This document shows, piece by piece, positions 1 through 13,603 of a DNA stretch of 64,000 bases. Origin of the DNA: an uncultured Gammaproteobacteria bacterium (GTDB lineage Bacteria > Pseudomonadota > Gammaproteobacteria > Berkiellales > Berkiellaceae). The DNA is taken from assembly GCA_963803015.1 (NCBI GenBank), contig CAWDKV010000011.1, forward strand, positions 675,021 to 739,020, read 5' to 3'. Numbering within the stretch: position 1 is the first letter of the stretch; every line of letters begins with the position of its first letter. The translations under genes were made by a program, and so were the position numbers. The notes under the pieces were generated by a model. That model worked only from the letters and a program-made list of their open reading frames with translations. It was not told where the DNA came from and searched no databases.

Positions 1-2310
1 TTGAATGGCTAATTGTATTGGTGTTAGTGATTCATCGCCTTTTGCTACTAAATTAACATTTGCGCCACGTTCGATTAATTTTTGAACGAGTGGTAAATCT
101 CCCCATTGGCAAGCATACATCAATAAGGACCACAAAGGAAAAGTGTCATCAATTGGATTGCTGGTGTCGCTCAGCCATTTTTCTAAAATAATCTTGTTAA
201 TTTCTTGAGCTTCTGATGTACATGGGATTTTGTGGAATAAACTCTGACTTGTTTCAAGCTTAGCGCCGCGCTCTAATAATTCTTTCACCCTCTCCGGCAG
301 TTCAGCTTTTACCGCCAACACTAAAAGAGTTGGTTCATGGTTTTTATGAAAATTAACATCAACCTCTCCGGGTTTAGAGAGGATCTGTCCTAAATAATGA
401 TCAACCATCAATCTATATATTTCTTTATCTGCCGAATTTTCATTAGCTGCTATTAAAGGTGTTATTAATCCCTCCTCCTCCTTTGATTTATTAACATCCG
501 CACCTTGTTGCAGCAAATAGGGAATCAATGCTTTATTTTTAAACCTGATACATTCATATAATATGTCATGTTGATTGATGTAATCAGATATATTTTGTAC
601 ACCAGCCACTTTCAAATAAGTTGCAAATTGTTCTGGCGTGGCTTTTCTTGAAATAATTTTTAAAATAGTCTTTTCATCATATTGACTTTTTTCCTCGGCT
701 GGGAGGGCTGAAAATTGTGCAAGCTCCTCATCAAAATTGATTCCAAATACAGTATAAAATGGTAAAGCACTATTGGCGACTTCCTTTTGTTGATCTTTTG
801 AATCTCGAACGCCATTATAGTCAACTGGGAGGGCAGGAGAGCTACTGACTGCATAACCAACAGATGCTGGCGTTTGCGCCTTTCCTACCAAGACACGTTT
901 AACAGAATGCTCTGTTATTAATTGATAAGCTAAAGCATTATACATTTTAATTATTTTATTTTCGTTTTCTGGGATCTTTCTAATATTGGGTTGTGATTCT
1001 ATTGAATCTAATACTATAGAACCATCTTGCCCCCTCCAGGCCCAAGTTTGAGCCAGTATATTTTTGGGTTCGATAACTGCGGTGTTCCCATCTTTAGGTG
1101 GCTTACCTTTACATAATACATAAAACCCGCCATTTTCACTCACCATCCCATGATGGGTGGGTGCTGCACCAGCTTTGCCTAATGATTGACAACAAGCCGT
1201 GATATGACCAAGCATTGCTCCTTTAGGATCTTTTTTATGTAACTTTATTAAATAGCAATCTTTTAGGCCATATTTAGAGCCATCAATCATCACTGGGGGA
1301 ACTGCTTTGTCACTATTTTTGGCGATGCTTTGCAAACGCAAATATTCTTCAAACACGGCTTCTGGCACACCGTATTTATGAAACAAATACGCTGCCAACT
1401 CGTCTTGTTTGCTGTTCTTGTATCGCACTTGACGAACACAATCTAAAAGTAATTTATCATCTGCATCCGCTAAAAGCGGTGGAAATTTAGCGAGTTCATT
1501 AATTAAAGTATTTTTATTCTTATTAATTTCCTTTTGCTTTTTACTAAGTTGACCAAGCTCAGCAACGAGCTTTTCCATCTCTGGTGAAATAGCTTCATTG
1601 TTTTTACGATCTTCTTTCACACTTTTATTCAGTTCTTGTATTTGTTCTTCTAATTTCCCAGCTTCAACTGCAAGTTTTTGAATCCTATTCCTTAAGTCAA
1701 GTACCTCGATGGGCGTATCTAACATTATTTGTTCTTCATCTTCCAACATTTTTTGTATTTTGGCTGCATAGGTGATAACCCCACTCTCTCTAAAATCACT
1801 ATCTTGCAATTTTTTTCCAAAGAGAGCTCGCCAAGATTTGAGATCCCAATTGTCTCCTTCAGGCAAATCAAACAAGCATGCCTGAAAAACAACCTGTCCA
1901 TTCAATACGGTATTATTTTTTTCAAATTTCTCAATATAGTTTATTGCTGTATTTGAATTGCCGAATATGATGGCCAGCTTATAAGCGTTAATTTCTGCGT
2001 TGGTATTCCCTTCCATCAAACAAGATAATTTTGTAAAAAGTAGTAGATCGGCATAAATTTTTTCATCAAAGCCATAGAGGTCAATTTTAGTGCCATAAAA
2101 AGGAGCAATGGCTTGCAGTTGTTTAAAAAGCACACCTGTTTTATCGCTGTTTTGTACAAGCTCAACAAGTTCTTGAGCAAATTGTTTGCTTATTGGCAAA
2201 TCGGGGTAAAGATTCTGGATATATTGATAGGCTAAGTCAGCTACTTGTGGGTTGTCTTTATGCGCGTGAATATAGTCCTTGATTTTATTGAAAGCATCAA
2301 CGGTAATCAT
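1..2310 (-). CDS. Ankyrin-repeat / coiled-coil effector-like protein. The 3' end runs off the window start; at least 770 aa are visible.
   Basis: It is absent from the ORF track because no stop lies in the window. Manual translation of the minus strand from the ATG at 2310..2308 (GAGGAG at 2314..2319) stays open to position 1. The N-terminus reads MITVDAFNKIKDYIHAHKDNPQ. There is a central coiled coil (LDLRNRIQKLAVEAGKLEEQIQELNK). C-terminal ANK-like repeats include ITPLIAANENSADKEIYRLMV, PTLLVLAVKAELPERVKELLERGAKL and WSLLMYACQWGDLPLVQKLIERGANVN. Confidence 0.75.
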   Translation of the reverse strand, partial: MITVDAFNKIKDYIHAHKDNPQVADLAYQYIQNLYPDLPISKQFAQELVELVQNSDKTGVLFKQLQAIAPFYGTKIDLYGFDEKIYADLLLFTKLSCLMEGNTNAEINAYKLAIIFGNSNTAINYIEKFEKNNTVLNGQVVFQACLFDLPEGDNWDLKSWRALFGKKLQDSDFRESGVITYAAKIQKMLEDEEQIMLDTPIEVLDLRNRIQKLAVEAGKLEEQIQELNKSVKEDRKNNEAISPEMEKLVAELGQLSKKQKEINKNKNTLINELAKFPPLLADADDKLLLDCVRQVRYKNSKQDELAAYLFHKYGVPEAVFEEYLRLQSIAKNSDKAVPPVMIDGSKYGLKDCYLIKLHKKDPKGAMLGHITACCQSLGKAGAAPTHHGMVSENGGFYVLCKGKPPKDGNTAVIEPKNILAQTWAWRGQDGSIVLDSIESQPNIRKIPENENKIIKMYNALAYQLITEHSVKRVLVGKAQTPASVGYAVSSSPALPVDYNGVRDSKDQQKEVANSALPFYTVFGINFDEELAQFSALPAEEKSQYDEKTILKIISRKATPEQFATYLKVAGVQNISDYINQHDILYECIRFKNKALIPYLLQQGADVNKSKEEEGLITPLIAANENSADKEIYRLMVDHYLGQILSKPGEVDVNFHKNHEPTLLVLAVKAELPERVKELLERGAKLETSQSLFHKIPCTSEAQEINKIILEKWLSDTSNPIDDTFPLWSLLMYACQWGDLPLVQKLIERGANVNLVAKGDESLTPIQLAIQ

Positions 2311-2392
2311 AGACTCCTCTTTATAAGATAAACTAACCTTATATAGAAGACCGGTTGAAAACTAAAAAAGTTCGCTGCAGCGTGCATTTGTG

Positions 2393-2412
2393 TAGCGTGC
2401 ATTTGCACGCTA
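2393..2412 (-). terminator. Hairpin downstream of serS (stem TAGCGTGC / GCACGCTA, loop ATTT).
   Basis: The stem is a perfect 8 bp. A 12-nt direct copy AGCGTGCATTTG lies just downstream and allows an alternative pairing. A T6 run on the minus strand lies about 24 nt further on (plus 2364..2369). There is no U-tract directly after the stem, so this is only terminator-like. Confidence 0.4.
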
Positions 2413-2434
2413 TGCAGCTAGAAAGGTGTGAGCT

Positions 2435-5004
<2,570 letters not shown>

Positions 5005-5010
5005 AAACCC

Positions 5011-5655
5011 TTAATTCCCCGCTTGGATCACATCAACACCTTTTGGTGGAACAAAAACAAATATTTGATTATTTATTTTGTGATTCACTTTTACATTCGT
5101 AAAATCAGTATAAATATTTTGACCCAATGCATCTGTCATTCTGACAACAATGATTTTACCTTTGGAAAAGCCGATATAAGCCTCTTTAAAGGGAGAATCT
5201 TTTTGCAAAGGCTCTAGCTGGAAACAAGTGTCACTGGCTGCATTACACTGCTTTTTATCCATTTGTTTAATGTTAAAATCTTTTTCAATATAGGTTAAAG
5301 AGCCAGCTAGTAATCTTGCAGGAGAGGCCGTGAGCGCTGCTTGCAGCGGTTGTTTAGTTACTTGTGCAAGTTCTTTATCATAACTCCATAAAGTATTGCC
5401 ATCGCCCACCACCAAAATAGGATCGGGCGACACACCTTGCCAGTGGAATTTATTAGGGCGGGAAACTGTCATCTCCCCTTTCGCGCTAGAGACTAGCTCG
5501 CCGTTAGCATCTTTAATCTGCTGAGAAAAAGAGGCCTGATAAATTTTGATATTTTCTAGTGCTTTAACTAGTGCTTGGGATGCCTCATTTGCAAATGCTG
5601 CACCTTGACCTAAAAAGAGTACGACTACACCTAATTGCATTAACTTTTTTCGCAT
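5011..5655 (-). CDS. lolA: Outer-membrane lipoprotein carrier protein LolA
   Basis: 214 aa with a signal peptide (MRKKLMQLGVVVLFLGQGAAFA). The size, the position between ftsK and rarA, and the motif YQASFSQ fit LolA. Confidence 0.8.
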   Translation of the reverse strand: MRKKLMQLGVVVLFLGQGAAFANEASQALVKALENIKIYQASFSQQIKDANGELVSSAKGEMTVSRPNKFHWQGVSPDPILVVGDGNTLWSYDKELAQVTKQPLQAALTASPARLLAGSLTYIEKDFNIKQMDKKQCNAASDTCFQLEPLQKDSPFKEAYIGFSKGKIIVVRMTDALGQNIYTDFTNVKVNHKINNQIFVFVPPKGVDVIQAGN

Positions 5656-5662
5656 GATGACC

Positions 5663-8026
5663 TCATTCTACTGGAGGGGGAGCTAAGACTTCACGCCCAC
5701 CGTTGGACTGCACTTCACTCACCACCCCTTGGGATTCCATTTGTTCAACTAAACGAGCCGCGCGGTTATAGCCAATTTTAAGTCTACGCTGCACAAGAGA
5801 AATCGACGCTTTACGCGCTTGCGTGACAACAAAGACCGCTTGGTCGTATAGCTCATCTGTCTCTTCTTCACTCGCCAAATTTTGGAGATTGAAGGAAGAT
5901 TCTACCACATTTTCGATATAAGTTGGGTTTCCTAATTTTCTTAAATCATTTGCCACTTTATGTACTTCATCATCGCTGACAAAGGCGCCGTGAATACGCT
6001 GTGGAATACCCTGGCCCGGCGGTAAATATAGCATGTCGCCATGACCCAATAGTTGCTCAGCACCAGATTGATCAATAATTGTTCTTGAATCGATTTTTGA
6101 AGAAACTTGAAAAGCTATACGAGTGGGAATATTCGCTTTAATGAGACCTGTTATCACATCTACTGAGGGTCTTTGTGTCGCCAAAATAAGGTGGATCCCA
6201 GCGGCTCGCGCTTTTTGCGCTATTCTGGCAATGAGCTCCTCTACTTTTTTACCCACCACCATCATCATGTCGGCAAATTCATCTACCACCACCACGATAT
6301 AAGGTAAAACCTCTAGTGGTTGCGGGGGCTCATCTGCTAATGGATCACTAAAAGGATCTAAAATGGGCCTACCCGCTTTTTCAGCTGTTTGCACCTTTTG
6401 ATTATAACCGGTTAAATTTCTCACCCCGAGCGACGCCATTAATTGATAACGTCTTTCCATTTCTGCCACACACCAACGCAAAGCATTGGCAGCGTCTTTC
6501 ATATCTGTCACCACGGGCGTTAAAAGGTGAGGAATATTATCGTAAACGGCTAATTCCAACATTTTGGGATCAATTAAGATCATGCGCACTTCTTCTGGCG
6601 ATGCTTTAAATAAGATACTCAATAACATCGCATTGAGGCCAACCGACTTACCAGAGCCTGTGGTGCCGGCTACTAATAAATGCGGCATTTTCGCTAAATC
6701 AACGACAACAGGTTTGCCTGCAATGTCTTTTCCTAGTACCAGTGCTAAGGGAGATAATGTGCGTTGATAGGAGCCATCTTCTAGCACCTCTTTTAAAGTC
6801 ACTAATTCGCGATTCACATTCGGGATCTCTAAACCTACCACGGGTTTACCCGGGATAACTTCCACTACCCGTACACTGACCACAGAAAGCGAGCGCGCCA
6901 AGTCTTTAGCTAGGGTGGTAATTCTGTTAACTTTTATGCCTGCCGCTAAGTTTAATTCAAAGCGCGTAATGACAGGGCCTGGATAGACGCCAACCACTTT
7001 TACTTCAACACCAAACTCCAACAAACGCATCTCGACAAGGCGCGAGAGCTCTTGCAACGCGGCTGTACTATAGCCTGGCTTACTCATCGCTTTTTTGGCT
7101 TCAAGGAGTCCTAAAGAGGGCGTACTGTGCGGCATGCTTGGAAGTGCAGTTTCAGGCAAAAGGGCTTCTTCTTTGGCTTTTTTCTTTTTAACAAAAAGAC
7201 CTATTGTCTCTTTTAGTTTGGTTTTTTTAAGAGGAAGCGGTTCTTCTTCCAAATCGTCTTCTAGGGGATCGTTAAATACCGCCTTTGCCTTGACAGGCGC
7301 TTCAGTCTGTTTCAGTTTCGCTTTCTTAGGGGGAAGCAATTTGGGAAAATCAGGCAAATCTTCTTGAAACAACTTGATTTTGCCATTTTTAAAAAACATT
7401 TTTTGCCCTAAAGGAAGAGCTTTATCTTTGCCAAAATGAAAGAGACGTCTTGCAACATAATCAAACATTTTAAACCAAGAAAGACCTGTAAAAAGGGTTA
7501 TTCCTACGAGTAAAAGCGAAAATAACATCAAAGTCGCGCCGGTAAAGTTAAGATTGCTTACCAGCAGGGTTTTGATGCCAATCCCCATTAATCCCCCTGC
7601 GCTCATAGGCAATGACGAGGGAGAATGCGCAAAATGAATCGCAATTAGTCCACAACTCGTGATTAAGGCAAGCAGTAACCCCACTCCTCTCAGGATCCAT
7701 ATCATAGAGGAAGTATCTTTACTTACTAATCTCTCTTTGTAGAAACACACGCCAAAGAAAATGAATATAAAAGGCAAAATATACGCGAGATAACCAAAAG
7801 CACTCAATAAAACGTCGGATAAGAGTGCCCCCGTTTTGCCTGCTGCATTATGAAAGGCTTGTCCCATGCCAGTATGAGACCAGGCTGGATCTTGTGGATG
7901 ATAAGTTACTAAAGCAATGAGCAGATACAGAGCAAGCGAACAAAGAAGAATAAATAACCCCTCTCTGATCCGTTTATTGATCTGTTCTAACTTCAGCGGC
8001 GATTCAACTGTTGTTGCTTGTTTCAT
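5663..8026 (-). CDS. ftsK: DNA translocase FtsK
   Basis: 787 aa. It has an N-terminal membrane domain, a Pro/Lys-rich linker, a motor domain ([32 protein letters not shown]) and a C-terminal gamma winged-helix domain ([24 protein letters not shown]). Confidence 0.96.
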   Translation of the reverse strand: MKQATTVESPLKLEQINKRIREGLFILLCSLALYLLIALVTYHPQDPAWSHTGMGQAFHNAAGKTGALLSDVLLSAFGYLAYILPFIFIFFGVCFYKERLVSKDTSSMIWILRGVGLLLALITSCGLIAIHFAHSPSSLPMSAGGLMGIGIKTLLVSNLNFTGATLMLFSLLLVGITLFTGLSWFKMFDYVARRLFHFGKDKALPLGQKMFFKNGKIKLFQEDLPDFPKLLPPKKAKLKQTEAPVKAKAVFNDPLEDDLEEEPLPLKKTKLKETIGLFVKKKKAKEEALLPETALPSMPHSTPSLGLLEAKKAMSKPGYSTAALQELSRLVEMRLLEFGVEVKVVGVYPGPVITRFELNLAAGIKVNRITTLAKDLARSLSVVSVRVVEVIPGKPVVGLEIPNVNRELVTLKEVLEDGSYQRTLSPLALVLGKDIAGKPVVVDLAKMPHLLVAGTTGSGKSVGLNAMLLSILFKASPEEVRMILIDPKMLELAVYDNIPHLLTPVVTDMKDAANALRWCVAEMERRYQLMASLGVRNLTGYNQKVQTAEKAGRPILDPFSDPLADEPPQPLEVLPYIVVVVDEFADMMMVVGKKVEELIARIAQKARAAGIHLILATQRPSVDVITGLIKANIPTRIAFQVSSKIDSRTIIDQSGAEQLLGHGDMLYLPPGQGIPQRIHGAFVSDDEVHKVANDLRKLGNPTYIENVVESSFNLQNLASEEETDELYDQAVFVVTQARKASISLVQRRLKIGYNRAARLVEQMESQGVVSEVQSNGGREVLAPPPVE

Positions 8027-8121
8027 GTTAGGGTAACTACTAAATTCAAATTGTAAGAATGATATACTCGAGCTAGGCTCGGCAAAGTGTAGATTATCTT
8101 CATTCTAGCACGAGTTGATAA

Positions 8122-9159
<1,038 letters not shown>

Positions 9160-9273
9160 TCGTAGTTTAAATATGTTAGTTGGTTACTTTTAAGAAACGT
9201 ATGTTTTACCAAAAGCGGAAATCTGGTAGGATCGCGCCTCTTTGGGTATTTTTTTCACATTTTAGGGGCGCTC

Positions 9274-9546
9274 ATGGCAAAAGAAGATAGTATTGAAATG
9301 GAAGGGACCGTCGTTGAAACCCTTCCAAACACGATGTTTCGAGTAGAACTTGATAATAAACACGTCGTCATCGCTCATATCTCAGGCAAAATGCGTAAAA
9401 ACTACATCCGAATCTTAACGGGGGATAGAGTCACCGTACAACTGACCCCTTACGATTTGACCAAAGGTCGTATTATTTTCCGAAACAGAGATGGTAATCC
9501 TCAAGGTGCCAAACCTGCAGCTGAAAAAGAAGATCCATCCACTTAA
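9274..9546 (+). CDS. infA: Translation initiation factor IF-1, with a C-terminal tail of about 18 aa
   Basis: [26 protein letters not shown]...[16 protein letters not shown] is a canonical IF-1 S1-fold. The extra tail is [18 protein letters not shown]. Confidence 0.93.
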   Translation: MAKEDSIEMEGTVVETLPNTMFRVELDNKHVVIAHISGKMRKNYIRILTGDRVTVQLTPYDLTKGRIIFRNRDGNPQGAKPAAEKEDPST

Positions 9547-9754
9547 CTCATATTGGGTTTGACTTATAAAGGGTAAGCAGTTGCCCTTAAAGTTAACCCT
9601 GGCTTTATGTGCTTATTCAAGCATGCTTGTCTTTACCTAAAAATCCCGCTTATAAATATTTCCAAAATTTCAGTGTAACTACCCTTTTTGATGTTGAACT
9701 TAATCATTTATTCAGCTGTCCTTTTACTATTGAAGAGATCAAAAGGGAGATAGT

Positions 9755-11623
9755 ATGAGTATCCAAGGCATTATGGAGAGTAGTGATTTTATAGATTCCT
9801 TGGCTAAGTGTGACAATGATGAATTAACTGATAGATTAAAAATAGCATTTTCAGCACTGCCAATGAATGAGAGAGTTACACTAGCAACTGAAATCCTGCG
9901 CAAACGCTATGAAAATATGAGTAGGCAAAACGGAGCTGCATCCGGGATCCCTTTAGTATATAGAAATTCAAATATGTTAATGCAACCAGTTATACGAGAT
10001 ATTATGACTGATCTGGGTTTTCCAGATCGTGATATGGCTCAATTTTATTCACTGGTAAAAAAAGCGGCTGAAGGAGATGAAGATGCAAAAACAAAAATAA
10101 CAAGCATTTTTAACAACCCTCCTCCTCAACTTGTTCAAATATTACAGCCCTTTTATCGCCAATACATTGAAGATATAACACGAAAAGAAGGTGGCGCGTT
10201 AACCGAAAAGCAATCAAAGGAAGCCAAAGCTGAATTTTTAAACCAATTTGTGTTTCCTACATTACAAACTCCAACTATGTTACTTCCAGCTGAACCTAAA
10301 GAGAACGCTACTCTCAATAGACAGATATTGAACATAAGTAAATCAGAGGCCATGAATGGACTGCTCAATGCAATCGAAGGAGCCCCCATCGATCCAAGAA
10401 TAACGCCCGCTGCGGCATCTCAAATAAAGAGTAAAATGTCAAATGCATTATCAACACCTGAAAATGCAGATCGAAACACATGTCAATACTTACGTCATCA
10501 ATTACTTGAACACCGCAGCATAATAGATTTTTTGAAGACAACAAGAATAATCCAAAATTTAGGAAACAAGTCAGGAATTGAAGGCTTTAAAATTGTTTTT
10601 GAATATTACAACCAAAATGATAAATCACTAAAATTTGTAAGACCGGATGACCTTAGGATACTCTTAAAAAACATGATGGACAGATCTGCTGCAGATCCCG
10701 CATTTAAAGATTTTATAAAAACTGATCCAACTGCTCTTTCATTTATGAATAAAGCAAATGAAATTCTGAAACCATTAAAAGCAAAAGAAGATAAAACCTG
10801 TTTAGAATTCTTAGAAAAGAGTATCAAAAAATCTGAAGCAAGCCCTGAACATATTGTAAAAAAATTAAAAGAGCTTGGAGGAAAGCTTGATAAAGGAATT
10901 TTTAAAGATAAAGTAGCTAGCGCTGTTACGCAGATAGAAAGCATACCTAACTTTCCTCGTGTCACTTCTGAGACAATAGAGAAAATGAGCACTGAACTCA
11001 CTCGTTTAAAATTAGAAAGTGTTTCCGAGGCAATGGCTAGCAAAAAAGCTGATACTGTTAGAGAAATAGGGCAAATTTGTGATCTATATAAGAGGCGAGC
11101 AACACCTTCTGCTGCAACACCTTCTGCTGCGACACCACTAGTACCTCCTCCAACGACGCTCCCGCCACCACACTTACCTCCTTCAACACCACTCCCTGAT
11201 GCAACATCATTGCTCGCTGCTGCTGCTGCTGCACCACAACCACAGCCAATTGTGATGGGGTATCATTCATTTACAAAAGCGGCAGCCCCGCTCCCTCATC
11301 AAGCAGCTCCTATAAGTGAAATGACAGCTAAAGAAAATCTGATTGAAAAACTAAGCGATCTAGCTAAAATACTAAAAAAAGGAGGGGCGGGTACAGTTTC
11401 AGAACTCATTGATCATTCTATTGAAACCATTAATCGATCAAAAAACGATGATGAGGTAGAAAAGGAAATAAGCCATTTAATATCGGAAGTGTCGAATAGC
11501 ACGTCAACTACCGCCGCAGCTAGCTCCTCAGACATAGACAGTAATAGGGTAATTGCGGATATACAACAAATTCATCAAGAATTTCAAAATGTGGCAAAGC
11601 CTCCTACACCGAAGGCACATTAA
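9755..11623 (+). CDS. Orphan effector-like protein with a Pro-rich segment
   Basis: 622 aa with a good SD (AAGGGAG) upstream of the ATG. I recognise no domain. A low-complexity block reads ATPSAATPSAATPLVPPPTTLPPPHLPPSTPLP. The 3' end overlaps the convergent LRR gene by 20 nt. Confidence 0.6.
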   Translation: MSIQGIMESSDFIDSLAKCDNDELTDRLKIAFSALPMNERVTLATEILRKRYENMSRQNGAASGIPLVYRNSNMLMQPVIRDIMTDLGFPDRDMAQFYSLVKKAAEGDEDAKTKITSIFNNPPPQLVQILQPFYRQYIEDITRKEGGALTEKQSKEAKAEFLNQFVFPTLQTPTMLLPAEPKENATLNRQILNISKSEAMNGLLNAIEGAPIDPRITPAAASQIKSKMSNALSTPENADRNTCQYLRHQLLEHRSIIDFLKTTRIIQNLGNKSGIEGFKIVFEYYNQNDKSLKFVRPDDLRILLKNMMDRSAADPAFKDFIKTDPTALSFMNKANEILKPLKAKEDKTCLEFLEKSIKKSEASPEHIVKKLKELGGKLDKGIFKDKVASAVTQIESIPNFPRVTSETIEKMSTELTRLKLESVSEAMASKKADTVREIGQICDLYKRRATPSAATPSAATPLVPPPTTLPPPHLPPSTPLPDATSLLAAAAAAPQPQPIVMGYHSFTKAAAPLPHQAAPISEMTAKENLIEKLSDLAKILKKGGAGTVSELIDHSIETINRSKNDDEVEKEISHLISEVSNSTSTTAAASSSDIDSNRVIADIQQIHQEFQNVAKPPTPKAH

Positions 11624-13292
11624 AAGTCCGCAGGAGGATATCACGTCTAGGATTTTCTGCTTTTACCTCGACAGCTGTGCTACTCTGGTCTTGCTGCGGA
11701 TTTAAACTTAAATTCTGCAGCCCTTCTAACATTGCATAATATTGCGTAAATGAACTGGTTGGAAATTGTTCTAGGTAATTTTCCTGAAGCGTTTCAGGAT
11801 TGAATCGTTGAGGGTTTCGTGCAATAAATCTTGCAACAATATATTGTAATGACGGCACTTGAGCGCTCACCTCTTTAGTAATAGCCAGATCTTTTAATTT
11901 CCCCCCATATCCAGACAATACCAAGCTATCATAACGTTGCCTTATCGCATCTAGCGGTTGAGGTAATGTTCTGATCCGATAATTTTCATTAGAAAGCCGT
12001 GCAATAGCATCAACAAATTCTTGAAATGGTTTAAGTTTTGTAGCGAAACCCTTCAAGTAAATACATAATCTGGGATTGATGAAAAGCGCTTCTCTTAATA
12101 GTACAAAATCTTGTGCTGTAAGGTTTACAGTTGCTGGAAAGGTTAAATGCAAATCAAAATTATGAGGTATTTTCGCTAGCGTATCACAAAATAATTTCGT
12201 TTGATTATCTCCAGGCTCCCCCCCAAAAGGGGTAGTGAGATGGAGTGCTGTTAGCTTTGTTTTAGGATTTAAAAGTGCAGCACACAATAAATCGAATCTT
12301 TCCGCTTTTTCATCAGTATTGTTTCTAGAAAAATCGAGAGATTCTAACCCCAAGGGACCCAAAAGATTAAGGATCCTCGCCGCAGTTTCAGTATTTAGTT
12401 CAGACAGTTTTAATCCTAAATGCTTCAGTCTTTTTTCAGCTAAGCTCCAGGCTTGAAGTCTATCATTAAAAACCGTTAAACGTGGATTGGTATCGCTTTC
12501 ATCTACTAAATGCGTTCCTTCTAACGAAAAGGAAGTAATGTTAGGGTTGTTCTTCACTACATTCAGAAGGGCTTCTACTTGGGTTGCATCTAACTTGTTG
12601 ACTGCTAAGGCAAGACTCGTCCAATTTACTCTAGCAAAAAGTGGAATTAGTTTAGAAAAATGTGGTTGCAGTCGAAAACTATTTATATCTAAAATAAATG
12701 ATGCAATTCTTAATCTTGGTAATATTGCGCAAAGTTTTTCTGCTAGTTGTTCTGTCAAAGCGTCACTGACAAATACTTCAAGACTGTATTCTTGATCAGG
12801 ATCTTGTGGCATTATAAGTAGTTCATCCAACAATTGGAGCGACAGGGGATCATCAGGCTTAAGATGAACTTCTTTTTTTGTTTCTTCTATATGAATATAT
12901 GTGCTATTTAACGCAAAAGAAGTAATTTTTTTATTATTTCTCACCGCCATTCGCAGAGCATCTAATTGTTTTCGATCTAAAGTGTCGACTTGTAATATAA
13001 GTCTTGACCAACTTGCATTGACAAAAAGTTGAATCAGGTTAGAAAAATAAGGTTGGGACTGAGTAGACTTTATTTCAAGTTTAAAGCACGAGATCCTGAG
13101 TGTTGGTAGTTTCGCGCAGAGTCTCTGTGCTATCTCTGGTGTCATATCACCATTAATAACTATTCTAAGATTTAGATCTTGGTTAGGATCTTGCGGCTCT
13201 TCAAGCTGTGCGATAAAAGCTTTTAGTGAAGCGGGGTTTTGAGGTTCAAGCGCACTTGAGATTATTTTTGTTTCTTTAGCGCCATTGAGCAT
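11604..13292 (-). CDS. RNI-like leucine-rich-repeat protein with an internal duplication of about 129 aa
   Basis: 562 aa with a GAGGA SD. Residues 15-137 and 144-265 are clear paralogous copies (PQDPNQDLNLRIVINGDMTPEIAQRLCAKLPTLRISCF versus PQDPDQEYSLEVFVSDALTEQLAEKLCAILPRLRIASF). Later LRR-like segments include LKHLGLKLSELNTETAARILNLLGPLGLESLDFSRN. Confidence 0.65.
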   Translation of the reverse strand: MLNGAKETKIISSALEPQNPASLKAFIAQLEEPQDPNQDLNLRIVINGDMTPEIAQRLCAKLPTLRISCFKLEIKSTQSQPYFSNLIQLFVNASWSRLILQVDTLDRKQLDALRMAVRNNKKITSFALNSTYIHIEETKKEVHLKPDDPLSLQLLDELLIMPQDPDQEYSLEVFVSDALTEQLAEKLCAILPRLRIASFILDINSFRLQPHFSKLIPLFARVNWTSLALAVNKLDATQVEALLNVVKNNPNITSFSLEGTHLVDESDTNPRLTVFNDRLQAWSLAEKRLKHLGLKLSELNTETAARILNLLGPLGLESLDFSRNNTDEKAERFDLLCAALLNPKTKLTALHLTTPFGGEPGDNQTKLFCDTLAKIPHNFDLHLTFPATVNLTAQDFVLLREALFINPRLCIYLKGFATKLKPFQEFVDAIARLSNENYRIRTLPQPLDAIRQRYDSLVLSGYGGKLKDLAITKEVSAQVPSLQYIVARFIARNPQRFNPETLQENYLEQFPTSSFTQYYAMLEGLQNLSLNPQQDQSSTAVEVKAENPRRDILLRTFNVPSV

Positions 13293-13459
13293 AAACCTAT
13301 CCTCAGAGAATAAATGAATCAGTAAGCTACCACAAAAAATGTTCCCTTACAATGATTTTCATCCCCGATATTCAGCTTTAAGATAAAGTCGTTTAGCTTT
13401 GTTGTATTTGCTCTTGTCGGGCCCCTCATGCCGCTAAGAACCTTCTCCCTTCATTTTTC

Positions 13460-13480
13460 CCTTCTCCCCTTGGGAGAAGG
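13460..13480. repeat. CT/GA hairpin element (CCTTCTCCC ctt GGGAGAAGG) in the clpA 3' region
   Basis: It has a perfect 9-bp stem. An extra left-arm copy CCTTCTCCC lies at 13441..13449. The same stem core (CCTTCTCC/GGAGAAGG) recurs at 47225..47246. Confidence 0.5.
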
Positions 13481-13603
13481 TGCCCGTAGGGCGGATGAGG
13501 GTCATTTTTTCTAAAACCAAAATGGAAAGATACGCCAGGCTTGAGACCCGGCTTCGCTACAGCTGCGCCGGGCTATCGAAAATAAAAAAATAAGAAGAGG
13601 ATA

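Noticed and set aside
10606-11043. 145-aa minus-strand ORF, plus 10153..10389(-) and 11058..11270(-), inside the orphan gene 9755..11623.
   Set aside because: These are shadow ORFs of the much longer sense frame, which has a strong SD. Their translations are Ser/Leu-rich with no motif.
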